A stretch of 64,000 bases of DNA from Candidatus Thorarchaeota archaeon (GCA_003345545.1 PRDH01000035.1:28171-92170); one strand, 5' to 3'. Counted from the first letter of the stretch, positions 17,327-27,278 are shown. Translations and numbers: made by a program. The notes: generated by a model not told the origin, from the letters alone.

Positions 17327-17950
17327 TTACTTGCCTACTGGTTCGTATTTTCTTCCCATATAGAGCACCATTAGTAGGACCAGCGCGACTGCGAAAACCA
17401 TGAGCACCGCCGCTGCCCATCCGTACGAAAATGTGCCGTATATGATGTTGAGAAACAGGTGTGCACCTGCCATGGCCACACCTAGAATGAGCGAAACAAG
17501 CATGAACCTTGATGTCATTTCCTTTACTTGTCCCTCTTCTGCACCCTTTGCGATTTTTCCACCAAAGAATACAAAGACGAACAGGAAGATGTACGCGATC
17601 ACAATCATTGTTCCCATATTGAAGAGGTACCCCTGAATGGTTATGTCCACTCCTTGCAGCAATCCACAGACAAGAAGAGTTCCCAATGCCATTACGTAAA
17701 CCAACATGTTGGAATACATCTTATCATCAGGATGGACAAAGCCAGTCATCTCAGTGAAGGTGTTTATCACACCTATGACCACCACAATTGCGAGTATCCC
17801 CAACGCGATGAGCCAGACGTAAAATGGATACAGAAGCTGATCTGGCGTGGCAGAAAGTGAGTCAAGAATGAACTTAAGGAAGATAGTAACTGCGAGCAGA
17901 GTCAAACCAATGCCCGAAAAGACATTACCAGTTGTTGTAAGCCTGACCAT
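17327..17950 (-). CDS. Hypothetical membrane protein (~6 TM)
   Basis: Six hydrophobic segments. Confidence 0.8.
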   Translation of the reverse strand: MVRLTTTGNVFSGIGLTLLAVTIFLKFILDSLSATPDQLLYPFYVWLIALGILAIVVVIGVINTFTEMTGFVHPDDKMYSNMLVYVMALGTLLVCGLLQGVDITIQGYLFNMGTMIVIAYIFLFVFVFFGGKIAKGAEEGQVKEMTSRFMLVSLILGVAMAGAHLFLNIIYGTFSYGWAAAVLMVFAVALVLLMVLYMGRKYEPVGK

Positions 17951-18129
17951 AATTCTCTCTCCTTTGAGGTAGAGTAACTGAAAGGTTTCAAGCCGAGGTT
18001 TCTATTAACTCTTGCCATGATTCTCATATTAGTGCCCGTTTCAGCTGCGATGCGCTGTATTCCCAAGCTCATTTCTTCAGCTTCATCCCTCAAAGAAGGA
18101 GCTTTATATCTCTTCGAGCAGAACTTACT

Positions 18130-18822
18130 GTGAGGGTCGCTTCTACGTCTGAGCCAAGCTCTGATAGAATCCTCGTGAAGAAGGATAATCTTGCCAGATG
18201 CGCCTGGTGTGGTACTCCGGAGAGTGATGAGTGGATCACCAGAGGCCGGAATGAGATATTTTGTTCATCTGAATGCCAAGCCGCAAAGTATTCAACAGGA
18301 GCTGATCTCGCTGGATATATATTCACGTGCCTTGGCGGGGGAATACTGGTTCTGTTCTTCTTTGCTTCTCTCGCTCCTAACATCCTCGGTGATCCTAGGG
18401 CTGTTGCAGAGGTTGTAGTATATGGACTCTTCTTCCTCATCGTCGGCGTCGGAACAGTGATTGGTGCTAACAGGGGAAAAAAGTACCAGGATAGGAAAGA
18501 CAAGTACCGGGATGTCACCCTCCTTGTGTGCGAGTATTGTACGCAGGCAAATCCTCCAAGCATCACACGATGCAGGCATTGTGGCGCATCCCTGACTAAA
18601 GCCGTGTTCTCATACGAAACGACTCCTCCTTGGATTCAAAAAAGGCGGCTCAATCGATTCAGATGCCCCCGCTGTAATGCTGTCTACTCCTATAATCTGC
18701 TAAATCTTCAAAGTGGCGGGACAGTCAAATGCCAGAACTGCGACAGGCCGTTTGTCCTCTCCCGTCCGCTCGTCCTTGTAGATGACTCGATTGCCGCACG
18801 TTCCCTGTATCCGGATGTTTGA
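18130..18822 (+). CDS. Multi-zinc-finger two-TM membrane protein, copy 1
   Basis: CAWC..FCSSEC, two TMs, CEYC..CRHC, CPRC..CQNC; ACG at 18145 where the paralog has ATG. Confidence 0.78.
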   Translation: MRVASTSEPSSDRILVKKDNLARCAWCGTPESDEWITRGRNEIFCSSECQAAKYSTGADLAGYIFTCLGGGILVLFFFASLAPNILGDPRAVAEVVVYGLFFLIVGVGTVIGANRGKKYQDRKDKYRDVTLLVCEYCTQANPPSITRCRHCGASLTKAVFSYETTPPWIQKRRLNRFRCPRCNAVYSYNLLNLQSGGTVKCQNCDRPFVLSRPLVLVDDSIAARSLYPDV

Positions 18823-18934
18823 TTCCGCGTGCGACCCGATTGCACTCTATTCCCTAGCTCATTTCATTATTATCATTATTCAAAAAAGGAGCTTTATATC
18901 TCTTCGAGAAGAAGTCACTCGGACGGTCAAGTCT

Positions 18935-19624
18935 ATGTCTGAGCCAGACTATGATAGAATTCTCGTGAAGAAGGACAATCTTGCCAGATGCGCTTGGTGT
19001 GGGACGCCAGAGAGTGACGAATGGATAACCACTGAGAGGAATGAAATCTTTTGCTCATCTGAATGTCAAGCCGCGATGTACTCTGTTGGAGCTGTGGGAT
19101 CTACTGGGGCTGGATTTGCATGCTCCTGCCTTGGTGGCATAATGCTATTGGCTCTGGTTTTCTCTGCTTCTCTCAATCCTGGCATGTCCAGTATGCGTAA
19201 TGTCGCCGCAGATCTTCTTGTAATTGGAATCCTGTTCCTGCTTACTGGTGGTCTGATAATGTTCGGAGGCAACGAGGGAAAGAACTATCAGGATAGGAAG
19301 GACAAGTACAGGAATGTCAGCCTCCTCGTGTGCGAGTACTGTACACAGACAAACCCTCCGAGTGTCACACGATGCACATATTGTGGTGCATCCCTGACAA
19401 GAGCCATGTTCTCATATGAGACAACTCCTCCTTGGATTCAGAAAAGGCGGGTCAATAGATTCAGATGTCCTCGCTGTAAAGCTGTCTATTCTTATGATCC
19501 GTCAAGCCTACAAAGGGACGGAACAGTCAAGTGCCAGAACTGTGATATGCCGTTTGTACCCTCTCGTCCACTTACCCCGACAGATGAATCCAATACCGCA
19601 TATTCTCCATGTTCGGGTGTCTGA
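18935..19624 (+). CDS. Multi-zinc-finger two-TM membrane protein, copy 2
   Basis: Same architecture; ATG at 18935. Confidence 0.82.
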   Translation: MSEPDYDRILVKKDNLARCAWCGTPESDEWITTERNEIFCSSECQAAMYSVGAVGSTGAGFACSCLGGIMLLALVFSASLNPGMSSMRNVAADLLVIGILFLLTGGLIMFGGNEGKNYQDRKDKYRNVSLLVCEYCTQTNPPSVTRCTYCGASLTRAMFSYETTPPWIQKRRVNRFRCPRCKAVYSYDPSSLQRDGTVKCQNCDMPFVPSRPLTPTDESNTAYSPCSGV

Positions 19625-19719
19625 CATATCATCCGCTTCAACATCTTTTCGATTCTCAATGCAGTCCTGAAAGCATGTTACTGGGTCAATGTGAATTCCT
19701 TCAGCAATCAGTCGAAGTT

Positions 19720-21009
19720 TCATTCGATTTCAGGGGTCTGCCTTGCAGCAGCGACCTCGTGACTCCCTTGAGGGGCGGCTTCCTTAAGGAAGTATGTTCC
19801 GATGCATGCCACTGAGATTAGGATTATGACCAGGATGGCCAGACCCGGGAAGAGACCTCCCAATGAATAGGCAAACTCAGCAGCGAGTGGACCGATGATC
19901 ATTCCAGACCCGAAGAAGATGCTGTATACGCCCATTGTACTGCCTCGCGCTTCTGCACTAGATATGTCCGTGAGATATGCCATTGCTGCAGGTGGAAATG
20001 AGCCTGCAATAAAACCGAGCGCAGGCAACAGAGGCCATAGTCCCGAGGTCCAGAGAGTATCGAAAGACTCAGCATTGGCGACAAGCAGGTAGGCCAGGGC
20101 GCCAAAGCCTATGAGGCCAAACACGATGAACGGTCTTCTCTTCATAACTCGGTCTGATAGATGTCCCATGATGACTATGCCAAGAAACAATGACACTCCA
20201 AGCATCGCAAAGAGAAGAACCATATCAGCAGCAGTTATATCGAAGTAGACCTCGATGATTTGTTTCGTCTTCGATATCACCAGGCCATACAATGAGATAA
20301 TGGGCACATAGACTGGAAGCATTAGTTGGACTCGCCTATCAGCGGCAACCTTTTTGAGGAGTGCTATGACGCTGACATCCCTGCGTGATACGACTCGTGT
20401 TTCCTTGATTAGAAACAACGTCACTAGTCCTGTCACAGCACATGCTCCAGCGGCAGCAAACAGAAGAAGTGTCGGAGTGATGACAATTTCAAGAATGAAC
20501 GTCCCGATATTCAGACTGATGGTCCCGACCTCCAGCAGAATGATACCGAGACCGAAGCCGCCTGCAAGTCCAGCCAGAGTAGAGAGATCGAAGTAGCCCA
20601 TCAGTCTAGCTCTGTTCTCCTCCGAAGAGCAGTCCGCAATAATGGAGAGTGTAGTGGTCACTTGAGAGGCAGCGCCAATCCCAAAGAAACCGGCTAGGAT
20701 GAGTGCAAGGACTCCCATGGTGGCAACACCGAATAGGAATGAGGCTAGTCCTGTGATGAAGAGACTTGCGACAAGAATCGGTTTCCTCCCAATCTTATCG
20801 CTGTATGATCCAAAGAATGAAACCGTGCTCAGTTCTGTCAGGGGATAAATTGCCAGCACCGCTGCGACACCCCAACCCGTCAATGCTCCTCCCATGTACA
20901 CACTACTGGAGATAACAGCAATTGTGACATAGAATGATGCGCGCATGATCAATGTCACAAGATAGAGCAGAATCAGAGTCATTGCATGACCGGATTTTCG
21001 TAGTCCCAT
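19720..21009 (-). CDS. MFS transporter
   Basis: About 12 TMs; motif A GSYSDKIGRK and repeat GHLSDRVMKRR. Confidence 0.92.
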   Translation of the reverse strand: MGLRKSGHAMTLILLYLVTLIMRASFYVTIAVISSSVYMGGALTGWGVAAVLAIYPLTELSTVSFFGSYSDKIGRKPILVASLFITGLASFLFGVATMGVLALILAGFFGIGAASQVTTTLSIIADCSSEENRARLMGYFDLSTLAGLAGGFGLGIILLEVGTISLNIGTFILEIVITPTLLLFAAAGACAVTGLVTLFLIKETRVVSRRDVSVIALLKKVAADRRVQLMLPVYVPIISLYGLVISKTKQIIEVYFDITAADMVLLFAMLGVSLFLGIVIMGHLSDRVMKRRPFIVFGLIGFGALAYLLVANAESFDTLWTSGLWPLLPALGFIAGSFPPAAMAYLTDISSAEARGSTMGVYSIFFGSGMIIGPLAAEFAYSLGGLFPGLAILVIILISVACIGTYFLKEAAPQGSHEVAAARQTPEIE

Positions 21010-21210
21010 CTAGATGCACTCCGTGTTTGTCGTGGCTCAACCTGTGTATCCTCTTTTATAAGCTATGCAGGTGCAAGGGACGTACTATGACATCTGGTAG
21101 AGTTCCCGAGGAAGTTGGTGCTTCCACGACTTGCTGTTTTCTAGTACAGATGTCAATATCACGAAGAGTTTAAATCGCACCTTCATCGGTTGCTCTGTGA
21201 GGTCAATAGG

Positions 21211-21981
21211 GTGAGCTGGGTCGCCAAGATAATCAAGGGAACTCCTGACGAGTTTGTTCATGCAAAATTAGTCAAGTATGGACTAGGGTCTCATCCAGGT
21301 CCAAGAGCACGGATAACCCTGAGCAAGCCGAGCATCAAGTTCAAGGCTGACCTCGACCAAGAGAAAGCGTTTTTGAAATGTTACGTGTTGGGTGCTCCTT
21401 CTGGTCAACATAAGATCAAAGGTACTATCATAACTTACTCGGATAGAAGACCCCAGTTTGGAAAAATGATGATGCCGATTTCTTGGGACAAATCGAAGGG
21501 CAAGGGCACACCTGTCTTTAGGGCAAAAGTCGATGAGTCTGCTCCTCTGGAGGACATCAAGGCTCTCTTCAGCATCGACGATCCGACGACTTTCTACCTT
21601 CTCTCGCTCAATCCCAAAGATGGCACGAAACCTTGGAAGATACAGACTAAGACATCATTCCCGAAGGGTGGCCCTGCAGAAGAAGATGAGGAATCCGTAT
21701 CAAAAGATCCTGTATTCTCCACTGGGTCACTTGGAAACAGCCCCGTAACTCTTGACTTCATCATGGACAGCTACATACCAGATCTGCGTGGCAAGATTGG
21801 ACCCAAGACCAAGGATATCTGGATTAGGAACAGCTTTGAAATCCGGGAAATCAAGATTCCCGATGACCCGAAACTGTCTTTTACTGAACAACGCAGGTTC
21901 GCCAAAAAGCGTGGGAAGTTGATTCGTGAAGTGACAATCGATGGAGAGGACTTTGTAACGGAGTATGAATTCCTTGCATGA
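21211..21981 (+). CDS. Hypothetical soluble protein
   Basis: Long ORF with normal composition; GTG 21211 after GAGG; no motif recognised. Confidence 0.7.
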   Translation: MSWVAKIIKGTPDEFVHAKLVKYGLGSHPGPRARITLSKPSIKFKADLDQEKAFLKCYVLGAPSGQHKIKGTIITYSDRRPQFGKMMMPISWDKSKGKGTPVFRAKVDESAPLEDIKALFSIDDPTTFYLLSLNPKDGTKPWKIQTKTSFPKGGPAEEDEESVSKDPVFSTGSLGNSPVTLDFIMDSYIPDLRGKIGPKTKDIWIRNSFEIREIKIPDDPKLSFTEQRRFAKKRGKLIREVTIDGEDFVTEYEFLA

Positions 21982-22047
21982 TAACTTGACCGAGCACTTT
22001 AAATTACTCATCAAAGCGACCCCTGTAGAAACAACGAGGCGATAGAC

Positions 22048-22248
22048 ATGCTCCAGAACTTTGAAAGCACGATTTTTCTCTTTTCGTTAGTATTCCTGTT
22101 CTTCGGGATATTCGCCTTTGGCTGGCTTGTCGTCCACATTGAGCGTGGTCGCCACTTCTCGCGGCTCAGGGTCCTCTCTGCCCTATGCCTCGGTGCAATC
22201 CTAGTTGGCTTCGGAATACATTTCCTGCTGCTGTCCATGGGAATATAG
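22048..22248 (+). CDS. Small two-TM membrane protein
   Basis: GAGG RBS; two hydrophobic helices. Confidence 0.65.
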   Translation: MLQNFESTIFLFSLVFLFFGIFAFGWLVVHIERGRHFSRLRVLSALCLGAILVGFGIHFLLLSMGI

Positions 22249-22379
22249 AAAGGCAACCCTTGCAGGAGAATTCGACCCGGAACCTATGCACAAACAATTG
22301 TTATTTAGACACTTGATATTTTGAGTGCTGTTAGTCGTAGTGGACAGCAGACACGATTTGTATGTGAGGAATTCCTACC

Positions 22380-23570
22380 ATGTTGCCTGAGATCGACATT
22401 CAGAAGCTCGCAATGGAGAGTCGCCAAAGGCTAATAGAGGAATTCACAGATACCTATGCCAATCTAAGAGAGCGCGTAAAGCGTGTTCCTGAAGCAGAAG
22501 CACGAAAGATCTCTGAGGGGCTCTCTTGCCCTCTTGAGGTCGCCATGGTTGCCTACCTCATCAATATGGATGGAATCATAGGTCTCCGCTCTGCAGTGGA
22601 TCTCTTCACCACAGAATTAGGACGTCGCGCCAGTGTTGCTGAAGATGTACCAAACTTGCCTGGTAACGTGATGGAGTTCGCACTTAGTGAGGGTAGATGG
22701 ATTTCGCACCTCTATGGACGATTTTCTAGGCAGCTGGAGTTGCAGGGTCGAAGTCTAGCGAATCTTGAAGATGTGATTGATTCAAAGAACATGGAAGTTG
22801 AAAAAGCGCTCTCAATCATTGCTGAACGTACCAAACTTGCAGAAACTATCATTTCACCCATTCTCGAAGAGTGGATCAAAGAGCATCCAAAGTCTATCAG
22901 CGTCGATGCATTGACAGCATTCGGACAAGCAATTACGAAGTGGAATCGAGCCACTCTCAATGGGAAGTTCAAACAGGTCCTTCGACGGAATCAGGCTCAC
23001 TTTCGATTGATACGAGAGTCATTGATAGGAGTCACGGACTCATTCACTATTGACGCATCATTGGCACGTCTCGACGCTCTTATTGATGAACTCGGACAAC
23101 CGCTTGAGAGACTTCCACTCAGGGCAGTGGCACATTTCCTCATTCATCTCATACCCCGTCCCATAAGCGGACGGGGTGACCGGTCACCCTTTGTGGATGT
23201 CGGTGTCAGTTCGACCAGAGGCAATAAGGCTGAACCTGATTTGGTGTCTCCTTTTGATTTTCTGGAACGCGACGTGAAGCTCGCCAGAAGAAGAAAGGGC
23301 GACGAACGAGCAGAATACTTGTCGGAGCAAATTGGTCGTGTTATTAGAGTCCTGAAATATCAAGGTAATGACTTAACGGCTTGTGTTGAGAAATGCCTCA
23401 ATGAGATCAAAGGACGATTCAAACTCGAAGATGTTCCTCTCGACAATGTGATCTCCTCTGCAAAAGTACAGATATCCGAAGCTCCACTATCCGAACGCGA
23501 TACGCTCACCATCAAGATAGTGCATGATTTCGTCGACGCCCACATATATGAGGAGGATTCAATGCATTGA
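22380..23570 (+). CDS. Hypothetical alpha-helical protein
   Basis: 396-aa ORF with GAGGA RBS; overlaps the next gene by 4 nt. Confidence 0.8.
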   Translation: MLPEIDIQKLAMESRQRLIEEFTDTYANLRERVKRVPEAEARKISEGLSCPLEVAMVAYLINMDGIIGLRSAVDLFTTELGRRASVAEDVPNLPGNVMEFALSEGRWISHLYGRFSRQLELQGRSLANLEDVIDSKNMEVEKALSIIAERTKLAETIISPILEEWIKEHPKSISVDALTAFGQAITKWNRATLNGKFKQVLRRNQAHFRLIRESLIGVTDSFTIDASLARLDALIDELGQPLERLPLRAVAHFLIHLIPRPISGRGDRSPFVDVGVSSTRGNKAEPDLVSPFDFLERDVKLARRRKGDERAEYLSEQIGRVIRVLKYQGNDLTACVEKCLNEIKGRFKLEDVPLDNVISSAKVQISEAPLSERDTLTIKIVHDFVDAHIYEEDSMH

Positions 23571-24340
23571 AGGAGAAGACTCCTCTCTATTGGCTAATCA
23601 ATATCGAGACGTACGACTTCAGTGTAGATGCATTTCGTGGTGCTGACCTATCTGGTACTGCACTTATCCTCTCAACACAGTTATGGTCCATAATACGTGA
23701 AACGGAAGTCTACTCGGTCTTGATTGGACCTGGCATTTTCCTGGGCACCGCGAGAAAAGGAAACATCAATATTGCAGTACAGGAATTCATCTCTGCTCTC
23801 ATGTTCGATCCAACACAACTTCGGCTTGATGAGCCTCTCCCTCAGGTAGACATAGTGACGCCTGAGGTCATCGACCCTTTAGGGACGGGAAGACAAGATG
23901 AGATTGTCACTCTGATTCGAAATCTCGTAATTGAGCGAGGAAATGTTCTTGCAGGAGATGCGCTTGCAAAAATCAGAGTCGAGGCAGGCATACCTCAAAC
24001 TCTGTACTATCAGGAGATGTTCAAGCGCATTAAGGTCTCTCATGTATCCGGCGAACAACGTGCAAGATTCATTCTTGGTGGTACGAGCGGCCATATCTAT
24101 CGCCCCTTCATTGAGAATTTTCCCCGACTCCGACAGCAGCGTACTGAACTCTCAAAGGTGTTTGCAGCTCCGTTTCATCGATTTGCAGGCTTCTCCGATA
24201 TCGAGGTCATGACTGACTGGATGATTGTTGAGAAGGCCGGCGAGGACTCCAAGACTGGCATGGACGCCTTTGCGGATGAATACCGAGACACGCTTGACCT
24301 AGTTGAGAAGAATAAAGAGAAGTTCATTTTCGAATTGTGA
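23567..24340 (+). CDS. Hypothetical protein, N-terminus possibly a degenerate GGDEF/palm fold
   Basis: TTG start overlapping the upstream stop after GAGGAGG; LINIETY..DAF..IIRETEVYSVLIGPGIF pattern. Confidence 0.7.
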   Translation: MKEKTPLYWLINIETYDFSVDAFRGADLSGTALILSTQLWSIIRETEVYSVLIGPGIFLGTARKGNINIAVQEFISALMFDPTQLRLDEPLPQVDIVTPEVIDPLGTGRQDEIVTLIRNLVIERGNVLAGDALAKIRVEAGIPQTLYYQEMFKRIKVSHVSGEQRARFILGGTSGHIYRPFIENFPRLRQQRTELSKVFAAPFHRFAGFSDIEVMTDWMIVEKAGEDSKTGMDAFADEYRDTLDLVEKNKEKFIFEL

Positions 24341-24391
24341 GAACCACAAGTGTCTTCTAGGTTAGAGATTTCTCAATCCTGAGGTAGTTGA

Positions 24392-27028
24392 TTGGAAGTA
24401 GCTGATGCTGACGTTCAAAAACGGCTCTTGAAACCCTATGTGCTTGTCTTTAGGGCCGCTAAGCAAGACATGGCGACCAGAGTCGATGTGTTCTCGGATG
24501 AGCTAAGGGACCGTCAGCGTTCAGTATTAGGTGGCATGATAGAATTCGGATACCGAGCTTCCGAGATGCTGGAGGTTAATCGATTCTGGTTTATCAAATA
24601 CAACAAACCTCTCTACTATCAACCCAAAGAAGCCAATGAGATTCTGAGAAAGGCAAAGAGTATAATCATTCCAAAGGAGCTGACACCTGGATTCCTTGGA
24701 GACCTGAAGACTTTTCTTGAGCGGATTGGCGCATCGAATGCGAGAGTCGTTCCAACCTGCCAACATTGCCTGCGCGATGACAAGCTCACAATTCTGACTA
24801 GAAGAAATGTTGTGAAGCTGACTGCAGAACAGGTGACCTGTTTGTCGTGCGCTCAAGCTGATCTCAAGACTGAGTTGAAGACTCTTGGCATCAATATGTC
24901 TCGGGCAATGATGAATCAGTTGGAACGGCAAGTATCACGCGTAAAATCCATTCCTCGTCTTCTAGAGATGCTGACACCTGGATTCGATCCAACCGCAGAA
25001 CCTGACCTCACACTCATTGACACAGTCGTTGCTCAGGATGTAGGCACAAAGAAAGACATCGAGGAACTCCCAATCCCGGACGAATTCAAGAAGGTACTCA
25101 GAGAAGCTGGATTGGAAGTACTTCTACCCATTCAGCGGAAGACTGTTGACTCAGGTCTCTTGAAAAACGCCTCACTCCTGATCGTGTCCTCCACGTCATC
25201 GGGAAAGACCCTCTTGGGTGAACTTGCAGGAATTCCCAAGGCCATGCAGGGCAAGAGGATGGTGTACATGTCGCCCCTTGTTGCATTGACAAACGAGAAG
25301 TATGAGCTATTCAGAAAGAGATATCGTACGCTTGGCCTGCGCACAGGTATCAAAGTTGGTATGTCACGTCTTGATGTGGGAAACGAGGGGAAACCAATTG
25401 TCGATACTGACATCAGCAAGGCCGATATCATCTGTGCTACATATGAAGCATTGGACTTGCTCTTTCGTTCTGGAAGTACGAGCGATCTTGGTAACGTGGG
25501 CACCGTAATCATTGATGAGATTCAGAACCTTGCAGATCCTGAGCGGGGCCCTGAACTCGATGGCCTTCTCACGCGGATGCGCTTGCACTACCCTAGGGCA
25601 CAATACATCGCGCTCTCAGCTACAGTCGGCTCACCAGCAGCATTGGCAAAGGAACTTGGCTTCAAGCTTGTTAACTTTGAAGGACGCCCAGTTCCTTTGG
25701 AGAAGCATCTTATCTTCGCGAGAAGTGATGAAGACAAGTGGTCTATCATCCGTCGTCTTGTCAGCCATGAGTTCAAACACACAAGTACATTCGGAAACAA
25801 GGGACAGTCCATTATATTCACATACTCGCGACGGCGTGCTCAGAATCTGAATGATTGGCTCCGTGAACAACACGTATCGTCTACTGTCTATCACGGAGGA
25901 CTTCCATACAACCAGAGGAGAGGAATCGAAAGAGCATATGACAGACAGAAGTTCGCATGTGTTGTTACAACAGCGGCTCTGGGAGCTGGCGTGGACCTAC
26001 CTGCATCTCTGGTGATCTTTGAAACCCTCGCAATGGGCGCGGATTGGCTGTCAAATGCCGAATTTGAACAGATGTTGGGTCGTGCCGGCCGTCTCGGCAA
26101 ACATGACCGCGGCAAGGTATATGTTATAGTTCAGCCTGAGCGGAAATATCATAGTGGACAAGATGGCACCGAGGATGAAGTAGCGGTGCGTCTACTCAAT
26201 GGAATAATCGAGGACGTTGAGCCATTTGCTGATAAGGAAGCGAGTGCCGAACAGATTCTAGCGACCATATGCTCTACCGGTCTGGTGGACTTGAAGTCAA
26301 TTGCACGAGCGTACAAGAGCATGCTTTCGATGTCCGTGCCTCCATCTGACGCTCTGAAGCATCTAGTCAAGACCCACATGATTCGAGTGAAGGAAGGAGG
26401 CGCATATCCGACAGAGCTTGGTCGTGCAACTTCACTCTCCTTCTTGACCCCAAGCATGGGTCTGGAGGTCACGAAACTCACGGCCTCGTATGATGTCTTA
26501 GATATCGCGTTGATGCTCGAACCGTTTGAGAACATTTACCTGAGTAACAAACTGCAGGAAGAGATTAACTCCGCCTTCAGGACACACATGCCCACTCGAC
26601 TGTTCTCAGGTGTATTTGGAGAGATAAGCAGTCTGACCAAACCGGGCAGCGGAGCAGGAAGACTGCCTCAGTGGGTCTTTGAGGTCTTCAGCAAATGGAC
26701 CATTGCATTCTTCAATTGTGGCTGTCGCGATTTTCCGGAGTGTGACCACGGGAAGGTAAAATTGGGACGCTGGCTAGTTGAGAGGAGACATGAGGGCTAC
26801 AATCCATCCGGACTGGCTGACAGACTTGAAAGGGAATTTGAACTATGGGCATACCCCGGTGATCTTTTTTCCTGGCTTGACTCGCTTATTCATAGTCTGA
26901 AGGCAGTACAGCGGATTGCTGACGTCGCTGGCAAGACCGATCTCAGTGAGGAGATTGATAGCCAGATTGCGAGAATCGAACGACCTCTAGAGCATCAAGA
27001 GGTCGAGCAGAAGACAACTACGACGTAA
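24392..27028 (+). CDS. Archaea-specific Ski2-like SF2 helicase (ASH-Ski2/COG1202 type)
   Basis: N-terminal CQHC..CLSC; SSTSSGKT, DEIQ, SAT, QMLGRAGR; C-terminal CGCRDFPECDH. Confidence 0.88.
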   Translation: MEVADADVQKRLLKPYVLVFRAAKQDMATRVDVFSDELRDRQRSVLGGMIEFGYRASEMLEVNRFWFIKYNKPLYYQPKEANEILRKAKSIIIPKELTPGFLGDLKTFLERIGASNARVVPTCQHCLRDDKLTILTRRNVVKLTAEQVTCLSCAQADLKTELKTLGINMSRAMMNQLERQVSRVKSIPRLLEMLTPGFDPTAEPDLTLIDTVVAQDVGTKKDIEELPIPDEFKKVLREAGLEVLLPIQRKTVDSGLLKNASLLIVSSTSSGKTLLGELAGIPKAMQGKRMVYMSPLVALTNEKYELFRKRYRTLGLRTGIKVGMSRLDVGNEGKPIVDTDISKADIICATYEALDLLFRSGSTSDLGNVGTVIIDEIQNLADPERGPELDGLLTRMRLHYPRAQYIALSATVGSPAALAKELGFKLVNFEGRPVPLEKHLIFARSDEDKWSIIRRLVSHEFKHTSTFGNKGQSIIFTYSRRRAQNLNDWLREQHVSSTVYHGGLPYNQRRGIERAYDRQKFACVVTTAALGAGVDLPASLVIFETLAMGADWLSNAEFEQMLGRAGRLGKHDRGKVYVIVQPERKYHSGQDGTEDEVAVRLLNGIIEDVEPFADKEASAEQILATICSTGLVDLKSIARAYKSMLSMSVPPSDALKHLVKTHMIRVKEGGAYPTELGRATSLSFLTPSMGLEVTKLTASYDVLDIALMLEPFENIYLSNKLQEEINSAFRTHMPTRLFSGVFGEISSLTKPGSGAGRLPQWVFEVFSKWTIAFFNCGCRDFPECDHGKVKLGRWLVERRHEGYNPSGLADRLEREFELWAYPGDLFSWLDSLIHSLKAVQRIADVAGKTDLSEEIDSQIARIERPLEHQEVEQKTTTT

Positions 27029-27278
27029 GGTTGTCTTTCTCTACCTCGAAGAGAACTCTGATATTGCCCACAAGTTCGGGGGGCATAGAATCAATGTTGA
27101 GGTCTATCCATTTGTGAAGGTCTCGTCTGATTGACTCTTTGTCTTCCAGAGGTATAGGCAGTTCAGAACGGTCCTCTGATACCAACTGAAAATGCGAACA
27201 TCCGCAACTACATTCGCCGTCAAGGACCATATCGATATCTACCGTGCTCTTGCCACAATTCCTGCAGATGAAGATCAT
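27018..27278 (-). CDS. Small zinc-ribbon protein (DUF2072/OapC-like N-terminus)
   Basis: CRNCG...GECSCGCSHF. Confidence 0.6.
   Translation of the reverse strand: MIFICRNCGKSTVDIDMVLDGECSCGCSHFQLVSEDRSELPIPLEDKESIRRDLHKWIDLNIDSMPPELVGNIRVLFEVEKDNLTS

Larger units (their letters stand above)
18050..19624 (+). repeat. Diverged tandem duplication (promoter + gene; offset 790 bp at the upstream region)
   Basis: AAGGAGCTTTATATCTCTTCGAG at 18096 and 18886; the two encoded proteins are colinear and highly similar. Confidence 0.9.

Noticed and set aside
15272-17950. 6-TM gene + HerA/VirB4-like ATPase as a Ced-like DNA import system
   Set aside because: A hairpin/T-tract separates the genes, the ATPase has no TM anchor, and no small pilin-like CedA1/A2 genes are adjacent. 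Not excluded, but unsupported.
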